Assembly (NCBI GenBank): GCA_963740065.1
Contig: CAVUCS010000002.1
Coordinates: forward strand, 126,858 to 190,857
Reading direction: 5' to 3'
From: an uncultured Solirubrobacterales bacterium
Lineage (GTDB): Bacteria; Actinomycetota; Thermoleophilia; Solirubrobacterales; 70-9
Length of the DNA: 64,000 bases
Shown here: in pieces, positions 53,679 to 62,902 of the stretch
How the letters are laid out: each line of letters starts with the position of its first letter
Numbering within the stretch: position 1 is the stretch's first letter
The notes under the pieces: generated by a model
The model's input: only the letters and a program-made list of their open reading frames with translations
Databases searched by the model: none
Told to the model about the DNA's origin: nothing
Made by a program: the position numbers and the translations under genes

Positions 53679-55493
53679 GTGGCGGAACCCGCAATCGGCT
53701 CGGCGCTCGGCGGCTATCGCATCGATGCGCTGATCGCGCGCGGCGGGATGGGGGTCGTCTACCGGGCTACGCACCTGGCGCTGGACCGGCCGGTGGCGCT
53801 GAAGGTGATCGCCGCACATCTCGCCGCCGACGACGGGTTTCGCAGTCGCTTTCTGCGCGAGTCGCGCCTCGCCGCGCGCCTCGACCACCCCAACGTGGTG
53901 CCGGTTTTCGACGCTCGCGAAGAGGACGGCGAGCTGATCGTCGCGATGCGCCTGGTCGAGGGCGGCGACCTGAAGAGAGCGATCGACCGTGAGGGACCGC
54001 TGGCGCCCGATCGCGCGATCGAACTTCTGGGGCAGATCGCCGCCGCGTTGGACGCCGCTCACGCCGCCGGGATCGTCCATCGTGACGTCAAGCCGCACAA
54101 CATCCTCGTCGATGGCGACCGCGCCTACCTCTCCGACTTTGGCCTCGCCAAGGCCGCCGGCGACTCCGGCCTGCTCAGCGAGGCCTCGGTGGTCGGCACC
54201 GCCCAGTACATGTCGCCCGAGCAGTGGCGGGGTGAGCAGATCGGCCCCGCCGCCGACGTCTACTCGCTCGGTTGCGTCCTCTATGAGGCACTGACGGGGG
54301 TCGTTCCCTACGCGCGTCGCGAGGGCGATGCTGAGCCGCGCATGCCGAGAGGGTTGGACCAGGTGATCGAGCGGGCGGTCTCACCCGACGCCGATGCTCG
54401 CTACCAGAGCGCGGGGGAGTTGATCGAAGCCGCCCGCGAGCATCAAGGGGCTACGCCGGCCCCGACGCTCGTCCTTTCCGAGACTCCCGGCAGGAAGACC
54501 GCGGTGCTCTCTGAGGAGAGCGGTCGGCGCGGCTTTCGCGAGTGGCTTGGCGCGAAGGCGAAGAGCGCGGCGATCACCGTCGGCGGCATCCTCGTCGTGA
54601 TCCTCGTGGCCTTCGTTGCCCAGAAGCTCTTCGGAGGCGGCGATGTCTCCGTTTCCGACCCGATTCCGATCGGCAAGGGCCCACTGAGGGTCGCGGTCGG
54701 CGCCCGCTCTGTCTGGGTGACCAGCGCCGGCGACGGAACTCTTTCCCGGATCGATCTTGCGACCGAGGGAGTCGCGGGAAGACCGCTGCACCTCGGACGG
54801 GGAATCGCCGGTGTTGCCGTCGGCGAAGGCTCGGTCTGGGTCACCAGTTCCCGCACCGGCGAAGTCCTGCGGGTCGACGGGGATGCCGGCGCCGTTGAGG
54901 ACCGGATCGATGTAGGCGGGCGCCCGGGCGCGATTGCCTTTGGCGGCGGCAGGGTTTGGGTCGCCGACCAAGCCGGCGGGGGAATAGTCGCGATCAACGC
55001 AGTCGGCGGGCGAGTGTTCAAGCGCGGCATCGCTCCCCACGTCGCGCCCCTGCGGCTCGCCGTCGGCGCGGGCGGCCTCTGGGTCAGCAGCGCCGAGACC
55101 GGCAACGTGCGCCGGGTCGACCTTGGCGACGCCCTCGCCGCCGACCCGATCGCCGTCGGGCGCGGCCCCTCGGGAGTCACCGTCGGCGGCGGCGTGGTCT
55201 GGGTCGCCAACAGCCGCGGCGACAGCGTCACCCGCGTCGATCCGGCGACGAGGACGCTGCTCGGAGAACCGATCGCCGTCGGCGATCGCCCGGGGGGCAT
55301 CGACGCCGGCACCACCGCGGTCTGGGTCGCCAACTCCGCCGACGGCACCGTTACCCGGATCGATATCGAAAACGGAGAAACCGAGGGCGACCCGATCTCC
55401 GTCGGCGCCGATCCTGGCGCAATCGCTGTCGGCTCGGAAGCGGTCTGGGTAGCCAACAATGGCGACGGCACCGTTACCCGGATCGAACCGTAG
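53679..55493 (+). CDS. Ser/Thr protein kinase with a TM segment and an extracellular beta-propeller (NHL/YVTN-like repeats)
   Basis: GGMGVVYRA, ALKV, HRDVKPHNIL, DFGLAKA and SPEQ motifs, then a TM segment and ~6 repeats of G..P.GVAVG.G.VWV. GTG at 53679; the upstream part of the track ORF overlaps the GST-like gene. Confidence 0.85.
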   Translation: MAEPAIGSALGGYRIDALIARGGMGVVYRATHLALDRPVALKVIAAHLAADDGFRSRFLRESRLAARLDHPNVVPVFDAREEDGELIVAMRLVEGGDLKRAIDREGPLAPDRAIELLGQIAAALDAAHAAGIVHRDVKPHNILVDGDRAYLSDFGLAKAAGDSGLLSEASVVGTAQYMSPEQWRGEQIGPAADVYSLGCVLYEALTGVVPYARREGDAEPRMPRGLDQVIERAVSPDADARYQSAGELIEAAREHQGATPAPTLVLSETPGRKTAVLSEESGRRGFREWLGAKAKSAAITVGGILVVILVAFVAQKLFGGGDVSVSDPIPIGKGPLRVAVGARSVWVTSAGDGTLSRIDLATEGVAGRPLHLGRGIAGVAVGEGSVWVTSSRTGEVLRVDGDAGAVEDRIDVGGRPGAIAFGGGRVWVADQAGGGIVAINAVGGRVFKRGIAPHVAPLRLAVGAGGLWVSSAETGNVRRVDLGDALAADPIAVGRGPSGVTVGGGVVWVANSRGDSVTRVDPATRTLLGEPIAVGDRPGGIDAGTTAVWVANSADGTVTRIDIENGETEGDPISVGADPGAIAVGSEAVWVANNGDGTVTRIEP

Positions 55494-55606
55494 GGGACCA
55501 TCCCGGTAGGGGTGGAACGTCTTGTACTTTTTCGCGACAGCCGCTCGCGGTAAGCCGCAAACGTTCCTCGAAAAAGTTAAGTGGAACCCCTACCGGGATG
55601 GTCCCC
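55493..55606 (+). repeat. family B structured intergenic element, copy 3 of 3
   Basis: GGGGACC-ATCCCGGTAGGGGTGGAACGTCTTGTACTTTTTCG...CGAAAAAGTTAAGTGGAACCCCTACCGGGAT-GGTCCCC. It lies between the kinase stop and tkt. Confidence 0.85.
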
Positions 55607-55644
55607 CCGAGCGACGCTTGAATCGCTAGGGTCGGAACTCGGTC

Positions 55645-57684
55645 ATGGCCCGCGACACCGACCAACTCTGCATCAACACGATCCGCACGCTGTCGATCGA
55701 CGCGATCCAGAAGGCGAACTCCGGCCACCCGGGCACTCCGATGGCGTTGGCGCCGACCGCCTACACGCTCTGGCAGCGCTTCCTCCGCTTCGACCCGGCA
55801 GATCCGATCTGGCCCAACCGCGACCGCTTCGTCCTCTCCGCCGGGCACGCCTCGATGCTGCTCTACGCGCTGCTGCACCTGGCGGGGGTGAGAGCCGTCG
55901 ACCCCGATTACGAGGTGGTGGGCGAGCCGGCGGTCTCCCTCAAGGACATCGAGAGCTTCCGCCAGCTCGACTCGCGCGCACCGGGCCATCCCGAGTACCG
56001 CTGGACCTCGGGGGTGGAGACGACGACCGGCCCGCTGGGCCAGGGGATCGCGACTTCGGTCGGGATGGCGATCGCCTCAAAGTGGCAGGGCGCCCGCTAC
56101 GGCGCCGACCTCTTTGACTTCGACGTCTACGCGGTCGCCGGCGACGGCTGCTTCATGGAAGGGGTCTCGAACGAGGCTGCCTCCATCGCCGGTCACCTCA
56201 AGCTGGACAACCTCTGCTGGATCTACGACAACAACCACATCACGATCGACGGCAGAACCCACCTCGCCTACGACGACGACGTCTCCGCTCGCTTCATGGG
56301 CTACGGCTGGAACGTGACCCGGGTTGGCGACGCCAACGACACCGAGTTGATCGCTCGCGCCTTCGAGGAGTTCAAGGCCGAGGAGGGTCGCCCGACGCTG
56401 ATCGTCGTCGACAGCCACATCGGCTGGGGGTCTCCGCACAAGCAGGACACCGCCGCCGCGCACGGAGAGCCGCTCGGCGAGGAGGAGGTGCGGGAGACCA
56501 AGCGCGCCTATGGCTGGCCCGAGGACGCGCAGTTCCTCGTCCCCGACGGCGTCAAGGAGCACTTTGCCGCCGGGATCGGGGCGCGCGGCGGCGAGCTGAA
56601 CGCCGAGTGGGAGTCGAAGCTGGCCTCATACGCGGGGGACAACGCCGACCTCGCCGCCGAGATCGAGGCGATGGGGAAGCGTGAGCTGCCCGACGGCTGG
56701 GACGCCGCGATCCCCTCCTTCGAGCCCGACGAGAAGGGGCTCGCGACCCGCAAGGCCTCCCAGAAGGTGGAGAACGCGATCGCCGAGCGACTGCCCTGGC
56801 TACTCGCGGGCTCCGCCGACCTCACCGACTCGACCTCGGTCCGACTCGACTTCGACGGCGCCGCCGACTTTGAGCCCGGCGCGTTCGCCGGTCGCCAGCT
56901 CCACTATGGGATCCGCGAGCACGAGTCGGCGGCGATCTCCAACGGCCTCTCGCTCTCCAAGCTGCGGCCGCTCTGGTCCACCTACCTCACCTTCTCCGAC
57001 TACGCCCGCCCCGCGATTCGCCTCTCGGCGCTGATGGAGCTGCCGGTGATCCATCTCTTCACCCATGACTCGATCGGTCTCGGCGAGGATGGGCCGACCC
57101 ACCAACCGGTTGAGCAGCTCGCCTCGCTGCGGGCGATCCCCGGCCTCGACGTGATCCGCCCCGCCGACGCCAACGAGGTCGCCGAGGCTTGGCGGGTGGC
57201 GATCGACCGCAGCCGGCAGCCGGTCGCCCTCGTCCTCACTCGTCAGAACGTGCCGGTGCTGGACCGCTCGCGCTATGCCTCCGCCGAGGGCACCCGCCGC
57301 GGCGGCTACGTGCTCGCCGACGCTGAGGGCGGCGATCCGGAGGTAATCCTGATTGCCACCGGCAGCGAGGTCGCGCTGGCGATCGCAGCACACGAGGAGC
57401 TGAGCGCCGACGGCGTTCGCTCCCGCGTGGTGAGTCTCCCCTGCTGGGAGCTGTTCGACCGCCAAGATGCCGCCTACCGCGACGAGGTCCTGCCGCCGAG
57501 CGTTACGGCACGGGTCTCCGTCGAGGAAGCGTCGACCCTCGGCTGGGATCGCTACGTTGGCCTTGAGGGAACGAAGATCGGGATGCACACTTTCGGCACT
57601 TCGGCCCCGCTGAAGGACGTCCAAACCAAGTTCGGCTTCACCCCCGACCGGGTGGCCGAAGCCGCAAAGGAGCTGCTGACATGA
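55645..57684 (+). CDS. tkt: transketolase
   Basis: SGHPGTPM, GPLGQGI, GDGCFMEG and GEDGPTHQP motifs. Confidence 0.95.
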   Translation: MARDTDQLCINTIRTLSIDAIQKANSGHPGTPMALAPTAYTLWQRFLRFDPADPIWPNRDRFVLSAGHASMLLYALLHLAGVRAVDPDYEVVGEPAVSLKDIESFRQLDSRAPGHPEYRWTSGVETTTGPLGQGIATSVGMAIASKWQGARYGADLFDFDVYAVAGDGCFMEGVSNEAASIAGHLKLDNLCWIYDNNHITIDGRTHLAYDDDVSARFMGYGWNVTRVGDANDTELIARAFEEFKAEEGRPTLIVVDSHIGWGSPHKQDTAAAHGEPLGEEEVRETKRAYGWPEDAQFLVPDGVKEHFAAGIGARGGELNAEWESKLASYAGDNADLAAEIEAMGKRELPDGWDAAIPSFEPDEKGLATRKASQKVENAIAERLPWLLAGSADLTDSTSVRLDFDGAADFEPGAFAGRQLHYGIREHESAAISNGLSLSKLRPLWSTYLTFSDYARPAIRLSALMELPVIHLFTHDSIGLGEDGPTHQPVEQLASLRAIPGLDVIRPADANEVAEAWRVAIDRSRQPVALVLTRQNVPVLDRSRYASAEGTRRGGYVLADAEGGDPEVILIATGSEVALAIAAHEELSADGVRSRVVSLPCWELFDRQDAAYRDEVLPPSVTARVSVEEASTLGWDRYVGLEGTKIGMHTFGTSAPLKDVQTKFGFTPDRVAEAAKELLT

Positions 57685-58760
57685 AGCCGACCGAGCAACT
57701 GCATGAGATCGGACAGAGCCTCTGGCTCGACAACATCACCCGCGCGATGCTCGCCGACGGGACGCTCGCTCGTTACATCGACGAGCTCTCGGTCACCGGC
57801 CTCACCTCCAACCCGACGATCTTCGACAAGGCGCTCGCCGGCGGCGATTCCTACGACGAGCAGATTGCCGCCGACGGCCCGGCCGCCGCTTCCCCCGAGG
57901 AGCTCTTTTTCGAGCTGGCGATCGCCGACCTGCGCGGCGCGGCCGACCTCTTCGCGCCGGTCCACGCCCGCACCGACGGCGTCGACGGCTTCGTATCCCT
58001 CGAGGTGTCGCCGCTGCTTGCCGACGACACCGCGGGGACGATCGAGCAGGCGGCGCAACTCCACGCCAAGGCCGATCGCGACAACCTCTTCATCAAGATC
58101 CCCGGCACCGAGGCCGGTCACGCCGCGATCGAGGACTCGATCTTCGCCGGCATCCCCGTCAACGTCACCCTGCTCTTCTCGACTGAGCATTACATCGGCG
58201 CCGCCGAGGCTTACATGCGGGGAGTGGAGCGCCGGATCGAGGCCGGGCTCGACCCCAACGTCGCCTCAGTCGCCTCGCTCTTCGTCAGCCGCTGGGATGT
58301 CGCCGTGGCCGACGAGGCCCCCGGGGAGCTGCGCAACCGGCTCGGCATCGCTGTCGGCGGTCACTGTTTCCGCGCCTACCACCAGCTGCTCGACTCCGAA
58401 CGCTGGCAGCGCCTGCTCAATGAAGGCGCCCGTCCGCAACGGTTGCTCTGGGCCAGCACCGGGACCAAGGACCCCGACGCATCGGACACCCTCTACATCG
58501 AGGGGCTCGCCTCACCGCTGACCGTCAACACGATGCCGGAGCCGACCCTGCTCGCCTTCGCCGACCACGGCAGCCTCGGCGATTTGGTCCCGCCCGATGG
58601 CGGCGACGCCGACGATCTCCTCGCCCAGTTCGAGGCGGCGGGCATCGGCATCGACGCCCTCGCCGCGCGCCTCCAGGAAGAGGGCAAGGAGAGCTTCGTC
58701 AAGTCCTGGCGGGATCTGCTCTCGACGATCGAGTCGAAGACGGGGGCGCCGAGCGCATGA
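57681..58760 (+). CDS. tal: transaldolase (actinobacterial long type)
   Basis: GQSLWLDNI, TSNPTIF and IKIPGT (Schiff-base Lys). Overlaps the tkt stop by 4 nt. Confidence 0.9.
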   Translation: MKPTEQLHEIGQSLWLDNITRAMLADGTLARYIDELSVTGLTSNPTIFDKALAGGDSYDEQIAADGPAAASPEELFFELAIADLRGAADLFAPVHARTDGVDGFVSLEVSPLLADDTAGTIEQAAQLHAKADRDNLFIKIPGTEAGHAAIEDSIFAGIPVNVTLLFSTEHYIGAAEAYMRGVERRIEAGLDPNVASVASLFVSRWDVAVADEAPGELRNRLGIAVGGHCFRAYHQLLDSERWQRLLNEGARPQRLLWASTGTKDPDASDTLYIEGLASPLTVNTMPEPTLLAFADHGSLGDLVPPDGGDADDLLAQFEAAGIGIDALAARLQEEGKESFVKSWRDLLSTIESKTGAPSA

Positions 58761-58771
58761 CCCAACCGACG

Positions 58772-58818
58772 TTCCGCTGCGACTTATCCCTGTATGTCAG
58801 GGATAAGTCGCAGCGGAA
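58772..58818. repeat. family A hairpin repeat, copy A4
   Basis: TTCCGCTGCGACTTATCCCTG-TATGT-CAGGGATAAGTCGCAGCGGAA, a 21-bp perfect stem between tal and pgi. Confidence 0.9.
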
Positions 58819-58824
58819 GGCTTC

Positions 58825-60453
58825 ATGACGTTGCGGGAAGGCGCCGCCTGGCGGGCCCTGGAGGCCCACCACGGAGAGCTGAAGGACCGCCGGCTGCGCG
58901 ATCTCTTCGACGCCGACCCCCAGCGCGGCGAGCGCCTCGTCGCCGACGGCGCCGGCCTCCACCTCGACTTCTCCAAGAACCGGATCACCGACGAGACGGT
59001 GATGCTGCTCGGTGAGCTGGCGCGGGAGCGCGGGGTCGAGGCGCGACGCGACGCGATGTTCGCGGGGGAGCACATCAACGTCTCCGAGGATCGCGCCGTC
59101 CTTCACGTGGCGCTGCGGATGCCGCGTGAGCGCTCGCTCGTCGTCGATGGGGTGGACGTGGTGAGAGAGGTGCACGAAGTGCTCGACCGGATGGGCCACT
59201 TCGCCGAAGCGGTGCGCTCGGGCGAGTGGACCGGCCACACCGGCCGGCCGATCCGCAACGTTGTCAACATCGGCATCGGCGGTTCCGACCTCGGCCCGGT
59301 GATGGCCTACGAGGCGCTGCGTCACTACAGCCGCCGCGAGATGACCTTCCGCTTCGTCTCCAACGTCGACGGCACCGATTTCGCCGAGTGCACCCGCGAC
59401 CTCGACCCCGAGGAGACCCTCTTCGTCGTCGCTTCGAAGACCTTCACCACCCTGGAGACGATGACCAACGCGCGCACCGCGCGGGAGTGGTCGCTCGCCG
59501 GCCTCGGCGGGGATGAGTCCGCCGTCGCCAAACACTTTGTCGCCGTCTCCACCAATGCCGAGGAGGTCTCCAAGTTCGGCATCGACACCGACAACATGTT
59601 CGGCTTCTGGGAGTGGGTGGGGGGCCGTTACTCGATGGACTCCGCGATCGGCCTCTCGACCATGCTGGCAATCGGCCCCGCTCGCTTCGCCGAGATGCTC
59701 GCCGGCTTTCACGCCATGGATGAGCACTTCCGCACCGCGGCGCCGGCCACCAACCTGCCGATGCTGATGGGCTTGCTCAGCGTTTGGTACGCCGACTTCT
59801 TCGGCGCCCAGACCTGCGGCGTCTTCCCTTACGACCAGTACCTGCACCGCTTTCCCGCCTACCTCCAGCAGCTGACGATGGAGTCGAACGGCAAGCATGT
59901 GACGCTGGACGGCGCCCGCGTCGACTACGACACCGGCGCGATCTTCTGGGGTGAGCCGGGAACCAACGGACAGCACTCCTTCTACCAGTTGATTCACCAG
60001 GGGACGCGACTTATCCCTTGCGATTTCATCGGCTTCATGCATACGCTGAATCCGATCGGCGACCACCATGACCTGTTGATGTCAAACGTTTTCGCCCAGT
60101 CCGAGGCACTCGCTTTCGGCAAAACCCCGGAGCAGGTGCGGGCCGAGGGCACCCCAGACGATGTCGTCCCGCACCGGGTGATGGAGGGCAACCGGCCCTC
60201 CAACACGATCCTCGCCGATCGCCTCACCCCGGCGACCCTGGGGTCGCTCGTCGCTCTCTATGAGCACAGCGTCTTCACCCAAGGGGCGATTTGGGGAATC
60301 GACTCCTTCGACCAGTGGGGGGTCGAGCTGGGTAAGGCCCTGGCCGTCGCGATCATCCCCGAGCTGCAGGCGGGCCGGGAGCCGAAGCTGCGCCACGACA
60401 GCTCCACCAACGCGCTGATCCGCCGCTACCGCCAGGCGAGGCGCGAGGAGTAA
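58825..60453 (+). CDS. pgi: glucose-6-phosphate isomerase
   Basis: [18 protein letters not shown] and ESNGK motifs; 542 aa. Confidence 0.95.
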   Translation: MTLREGAAWRALEAHHGELKDRRLRDLFDADPQRGERLVADGAGLHLDFSKNRITDETVMLLGELARERGVEARRDAMFAGEHINVSEDRAVLHVALRMPRERSLVVDGVDVVREVHEVLDRMGHFAEAVRSGEWTGHTGRPIRNVVNIGIGGSDLGPVMAYEALRHYSRREMTFRFVSNVDGTDFAECTRDLDPEETLFVVASKTFTTLETMTNARTAREWSLAGLGGDESAVAKHFVAVSTNAEEVSKFGIDTDNMFGFWEWVGGRYSMDSAIGLSTMLAIGPARFAEMLAGFHAMDEHFRTAAPATNLPMLMGLLSVWYADFFGAQTCGVFPYDQYLHRFPAYLQQLTMESNGKHVTLDGARVDYDTGAIFWGEPGTNGQHSFYQLIHQGTRLIPCDFIGFMHTLNPIGDHHDLLMSNVFAQSEALAFGKTPEQVRAEGTPDDVVPHRVMEGNRPSNTILADRLTPATLGSLVALYEHSVFTQGAIWGIDSFDQWGVELGKALAVAIIPELQAGREPKLRHDSSTNALIRRYRQARREE

Positions 60454-60455
60454 GC

Positions 60456-61838
60456 GTGCCCTTCGACGCCCTACCGCTGGCGGCGTCGGAGTCCAACCTG
60501 CTCGCCGCGCGCGAGCTGATGGCGTTCACCCTCGCCTTCCACATCATCCTCTCCTGCATCGGCGTTGCCTTCCCGGCGATGGTCCTCACCGCAAACTGGA
60601 TCGGGCTGAAACGCGGCGACGCGGACGCGATTCGCCTGGCGAAACGCTGGTCCAAAGCTCTCGCCGTCACCTTCGCCGTCGGCGCCGTCACCGGCACCGT
60701 GCTCAGCTTCGAGTTCGGCTTGCTCTGGCCGCGCTTCATGGAGCGCTTTGGCGACGCCTTCGGGATCGCTTTCGCGATTGAGGGCCTCTTCTTCTTCACT
60801 GAGGCGATCTTCCTCGCGATCTACATCTACGGCTGGAAGCGGCTTAGCGGCTGGGCGCACTTCTGGGCGGGCGTGCCGATGTTGGTCACCGGCATCGGCG
60901 GCGCCTTCTCCGTCGTCACCGCCAACGCGTGGATGAACCAGCCGCAGGGCTTCACGCTCGACGCCGCCGGCAAGGTGATCGATACCGAGCCGCTCAAGGT
61001 TCTCTTCAACTCCGCCTGGAGCTACGAGGTCCCCCACATGATCCTCGCCGCCTACATGGTCGTCGGCTTCCTCGTTGCCTCGATCTACGCGGTCGGGATG
61101 CTGCGCGGGCGGCGCGACCGCCTGCACCGGCTCGGGCTGTTGATCCCGTTGACAATCGCCTCAATAGTCACTCCGGTCCAGCTTTTCGTCGGCGACACCG
61201 CGGCGCGCGCCGTCGCCGACCACCAGCCGGCCAAGTTCGCCGGGATGGAGTGCATCGAGAAGACCGGCACGGACCAGACTGAGTACATCGGCGGCATCTG
61301 CACCAGCGACGGTGTGAAGGGGGCGATCCCGATCCCCGGGCTCGACTCTTTCCTGGTCGGCTTCAGCACCGACACGGAGGTCACTGGGCTAAACGACATC
61401 CCCGCCGACGAGCGCCCCCCGGCGAACACCCTGCTGCACCTTTCCTTCGATGCGATGGTCGGGATCGGCACAGCGCTGATGGGTCTCGCTCTCTGGCTGG
61501 CGTACGTCTGGTGGCGCCGCCGCGACATCCCGAGAACGCCCTGGTTCCTGCGCGCGGTGGCGATCTCCGGCGTCGGCGCGATCGTCGCCCTCTGGGCCGG
61601 TTGGATCGTCACCGAAGTCGGTCGCCAGCCCTGGATCGTGCAGGGCTATATGAGGACATCGGAAGCGGTCACCGAGGCGAAGGGGATCTGGTTCGTTTTC
61701 GCCGCCGTCTTGATTCTCTACGCGGCGATCGGCACCGGAGCCGTCCTCGTCCTGCGCGCGATGTCGCGGCGCTGGCGCGAGGAAGGCGATGGAGAGGCCG
61801 ACGTCCCCTACGGCCCCCCCGCGGAGGCATCCCGATGA
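60456..61838 (+). CDS. cydA: cytochrome bd ubiquinol oxidase subunit I
   Basis: Carries FH..L....V.FP, GWKRL and the Q-loop, with a WIV.E.GRQPW motif (WIVTEVGRQPWIVQG). GTG start 2 nt after the pgi stop. Confidence 0.9.
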   Translation: MPFDALPLAASESNLLAARELMAFTLAFHIILSCIGVAFPAMVLTANWIGLKRGDADAIRLAKRWSKALAVTFAVGAVTGTVLSFEFGLLWPRFMERFGDAFGIAFAIEGLFFFTEAIFLAIYIYGWKRLSGWAHFWAGVPMLVTGIGGAFSVVTANAWMNQPQGFTLDAAGKVIDTEPLKVLFNSAWSYEVPHMILAAYMVVGFLVASIYAVGMLRGRRDRLHRLGLLIPLTIASIVTPVQLFVGDTAARAVADHQPAKFAGMECIEKTGTDQTEYIGGICTSDGVKGAIPIPGLDSFLVGFSTDTEVTGLNDIPADERPPANTLLHLSFDAMVGIGTALMGLALWLAYVWWRRRDIPRTPWFLRAVAISGVGAIVALWAGWIVTEVGRQPWIVQGYMRTSEAVTEAKGIWFVFAAVLILYAAIGTGAVLVLRAMSRRWREEGDGEADVPYGPPAEASR

Positions 61839-61842
61839 CCGG

Positions 61843-61885
61843 CTGTGTCGCCTTTGTATCGGTATGCGAAACAAAGGCGACACAG
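61843..61885. repeat. hairpin H5 (15-bp stem, GGTATGC apex) between cydA and cydB
   Basis: CTGTGTCGCCTTTGT-ATCGGTATGCGAA-ACAAAGGCGACACAG. Homologous to H2 (shared CGYCTTTGT..GGTATGC..ACAAAGRCG). Confidence 0.85.
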
Positions 61886-61896
61886 AGGTGGGCGCG

Positions 61897-62901
61897 ATGA
61901 GCCTCGCCGACGTCTCCGCAGTCATCCTCTGGGCCGGGGCCACCCTCTACGCGCTCTTCGGCGGCGCCGACTTCGGCGCCGGCCTCTGGGATCTGATCGC
62001 CGGGGACGATCAGCGTGGAGAGCGACCCCGCGCCTTGATCCAGCGCTCCCTCACTCCCGTTTGGGAGGCGAACCACGTTTGGCTGATCTTCATCCTGGTT
62101 GTCCTCTGGACCGCCTTCCCCGAGGCCTTCAGCGCGGTGATGACGACGCTGTACGTGCCGCTGACGCTGGCCGCGTTCGGGATCGTCTTGCGCGGCGCGG
62201 GCTTCGCCTTCCGCAAGTCGATCCACTCCTTCCAGGCGCGGCGGGCGATGGGGGCAACCTTCGCCCTTTCCTCGGTGCTGACCCCGTTCTTCATGGGGTG
62301 CGTCGTGGGGGCAATCGCATCCGGCAACGTCCCCGCCGCCGGTGACGGCGACGCCTTCGCAAGTTGGATTGAGCCGCTGCCGTTGCTGACCGGGGCGCTG
62401 TTCGTCGCCAGCGGCGCCTATCTGTCGGCGATCTTCCTGATCGGCGACGCTCGCCGGGCCGGCGCAAGCGACCTCGAGGATTACTTCACTCGCCGCGCCC
62501 TCGCCGCTTCGCTGGTCGCGGGCGCCTTTGCCGTCGCCGGCATCTTCGCCCTGCGCGCCGACGCCCGCTACATATACGACGGCCTCACCAGCGAGGGCCT
62601 GCCGCTGGTGATCCTCTCGGCCCTCTGCGGCCTGGCGGTCGTGGTTCAACTGCTGCGCCGCGATCGCCGCGGGCTGCGCCCGCTCGCCGCCGGCGCGGTC
62701 GTCGCCGTGATCTGGGGCTGGGGCGTCGCCCAGTTCCCCTACCTGCTTCCGACTTCGCTGAAGATCTCCCAGTCGGCGGCTCCCTACGACACCCTGCTGA
62801 TCGTGCTGATCGTCTTCTGCATCGCCGCGGTGATCGTGCTGCCATCGCTCGGGCTCCTCTACTGGCTCACCCAGCGTGATTTGCTCGAGGCCGAGCACTA
62901 G
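61897..62901 (+). CDS. cydB: cytochrome bd ubiquinol oxidase subunit II
   Basis: Typical CydB N-terminus (LYALFGGADFGAGLWDL) and 8 TM. ATG at 61897 after a GAGGTG SD; the upstream part of the track ORF spans hairpin H5. Confidence 0.85.
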   Translation: MSLADVSAVILWAGATLYALFGGADFGAGLWDLIAGDDQRGERPRALIQRSLTPVWEANHVWLIFILVVLWTAFPEAFSAVMTTLYVPLTLAAFGIVLRGAGFAFRKSIHSFQARRAMGATFALSSVLTPFFMGCVVGAIASGNVPAAGDGDAFASWIEPLPLLTGALFVASGAYLSAIFLIGDARRAGASDLEDYFTRRALAASLVAGAFAVAGIFALRADARYIYDGLTSEGLPLVILSALCGLAVVVQLLRRDRRGLRPLAAGAVVAVIWGWGVAQFPYLLPTSLKISQSAAPYDTLLIVLIVFCIAAVIVLPSLGLLYWLTQRDLLEAEH

Positions 62902-62902
62902 C

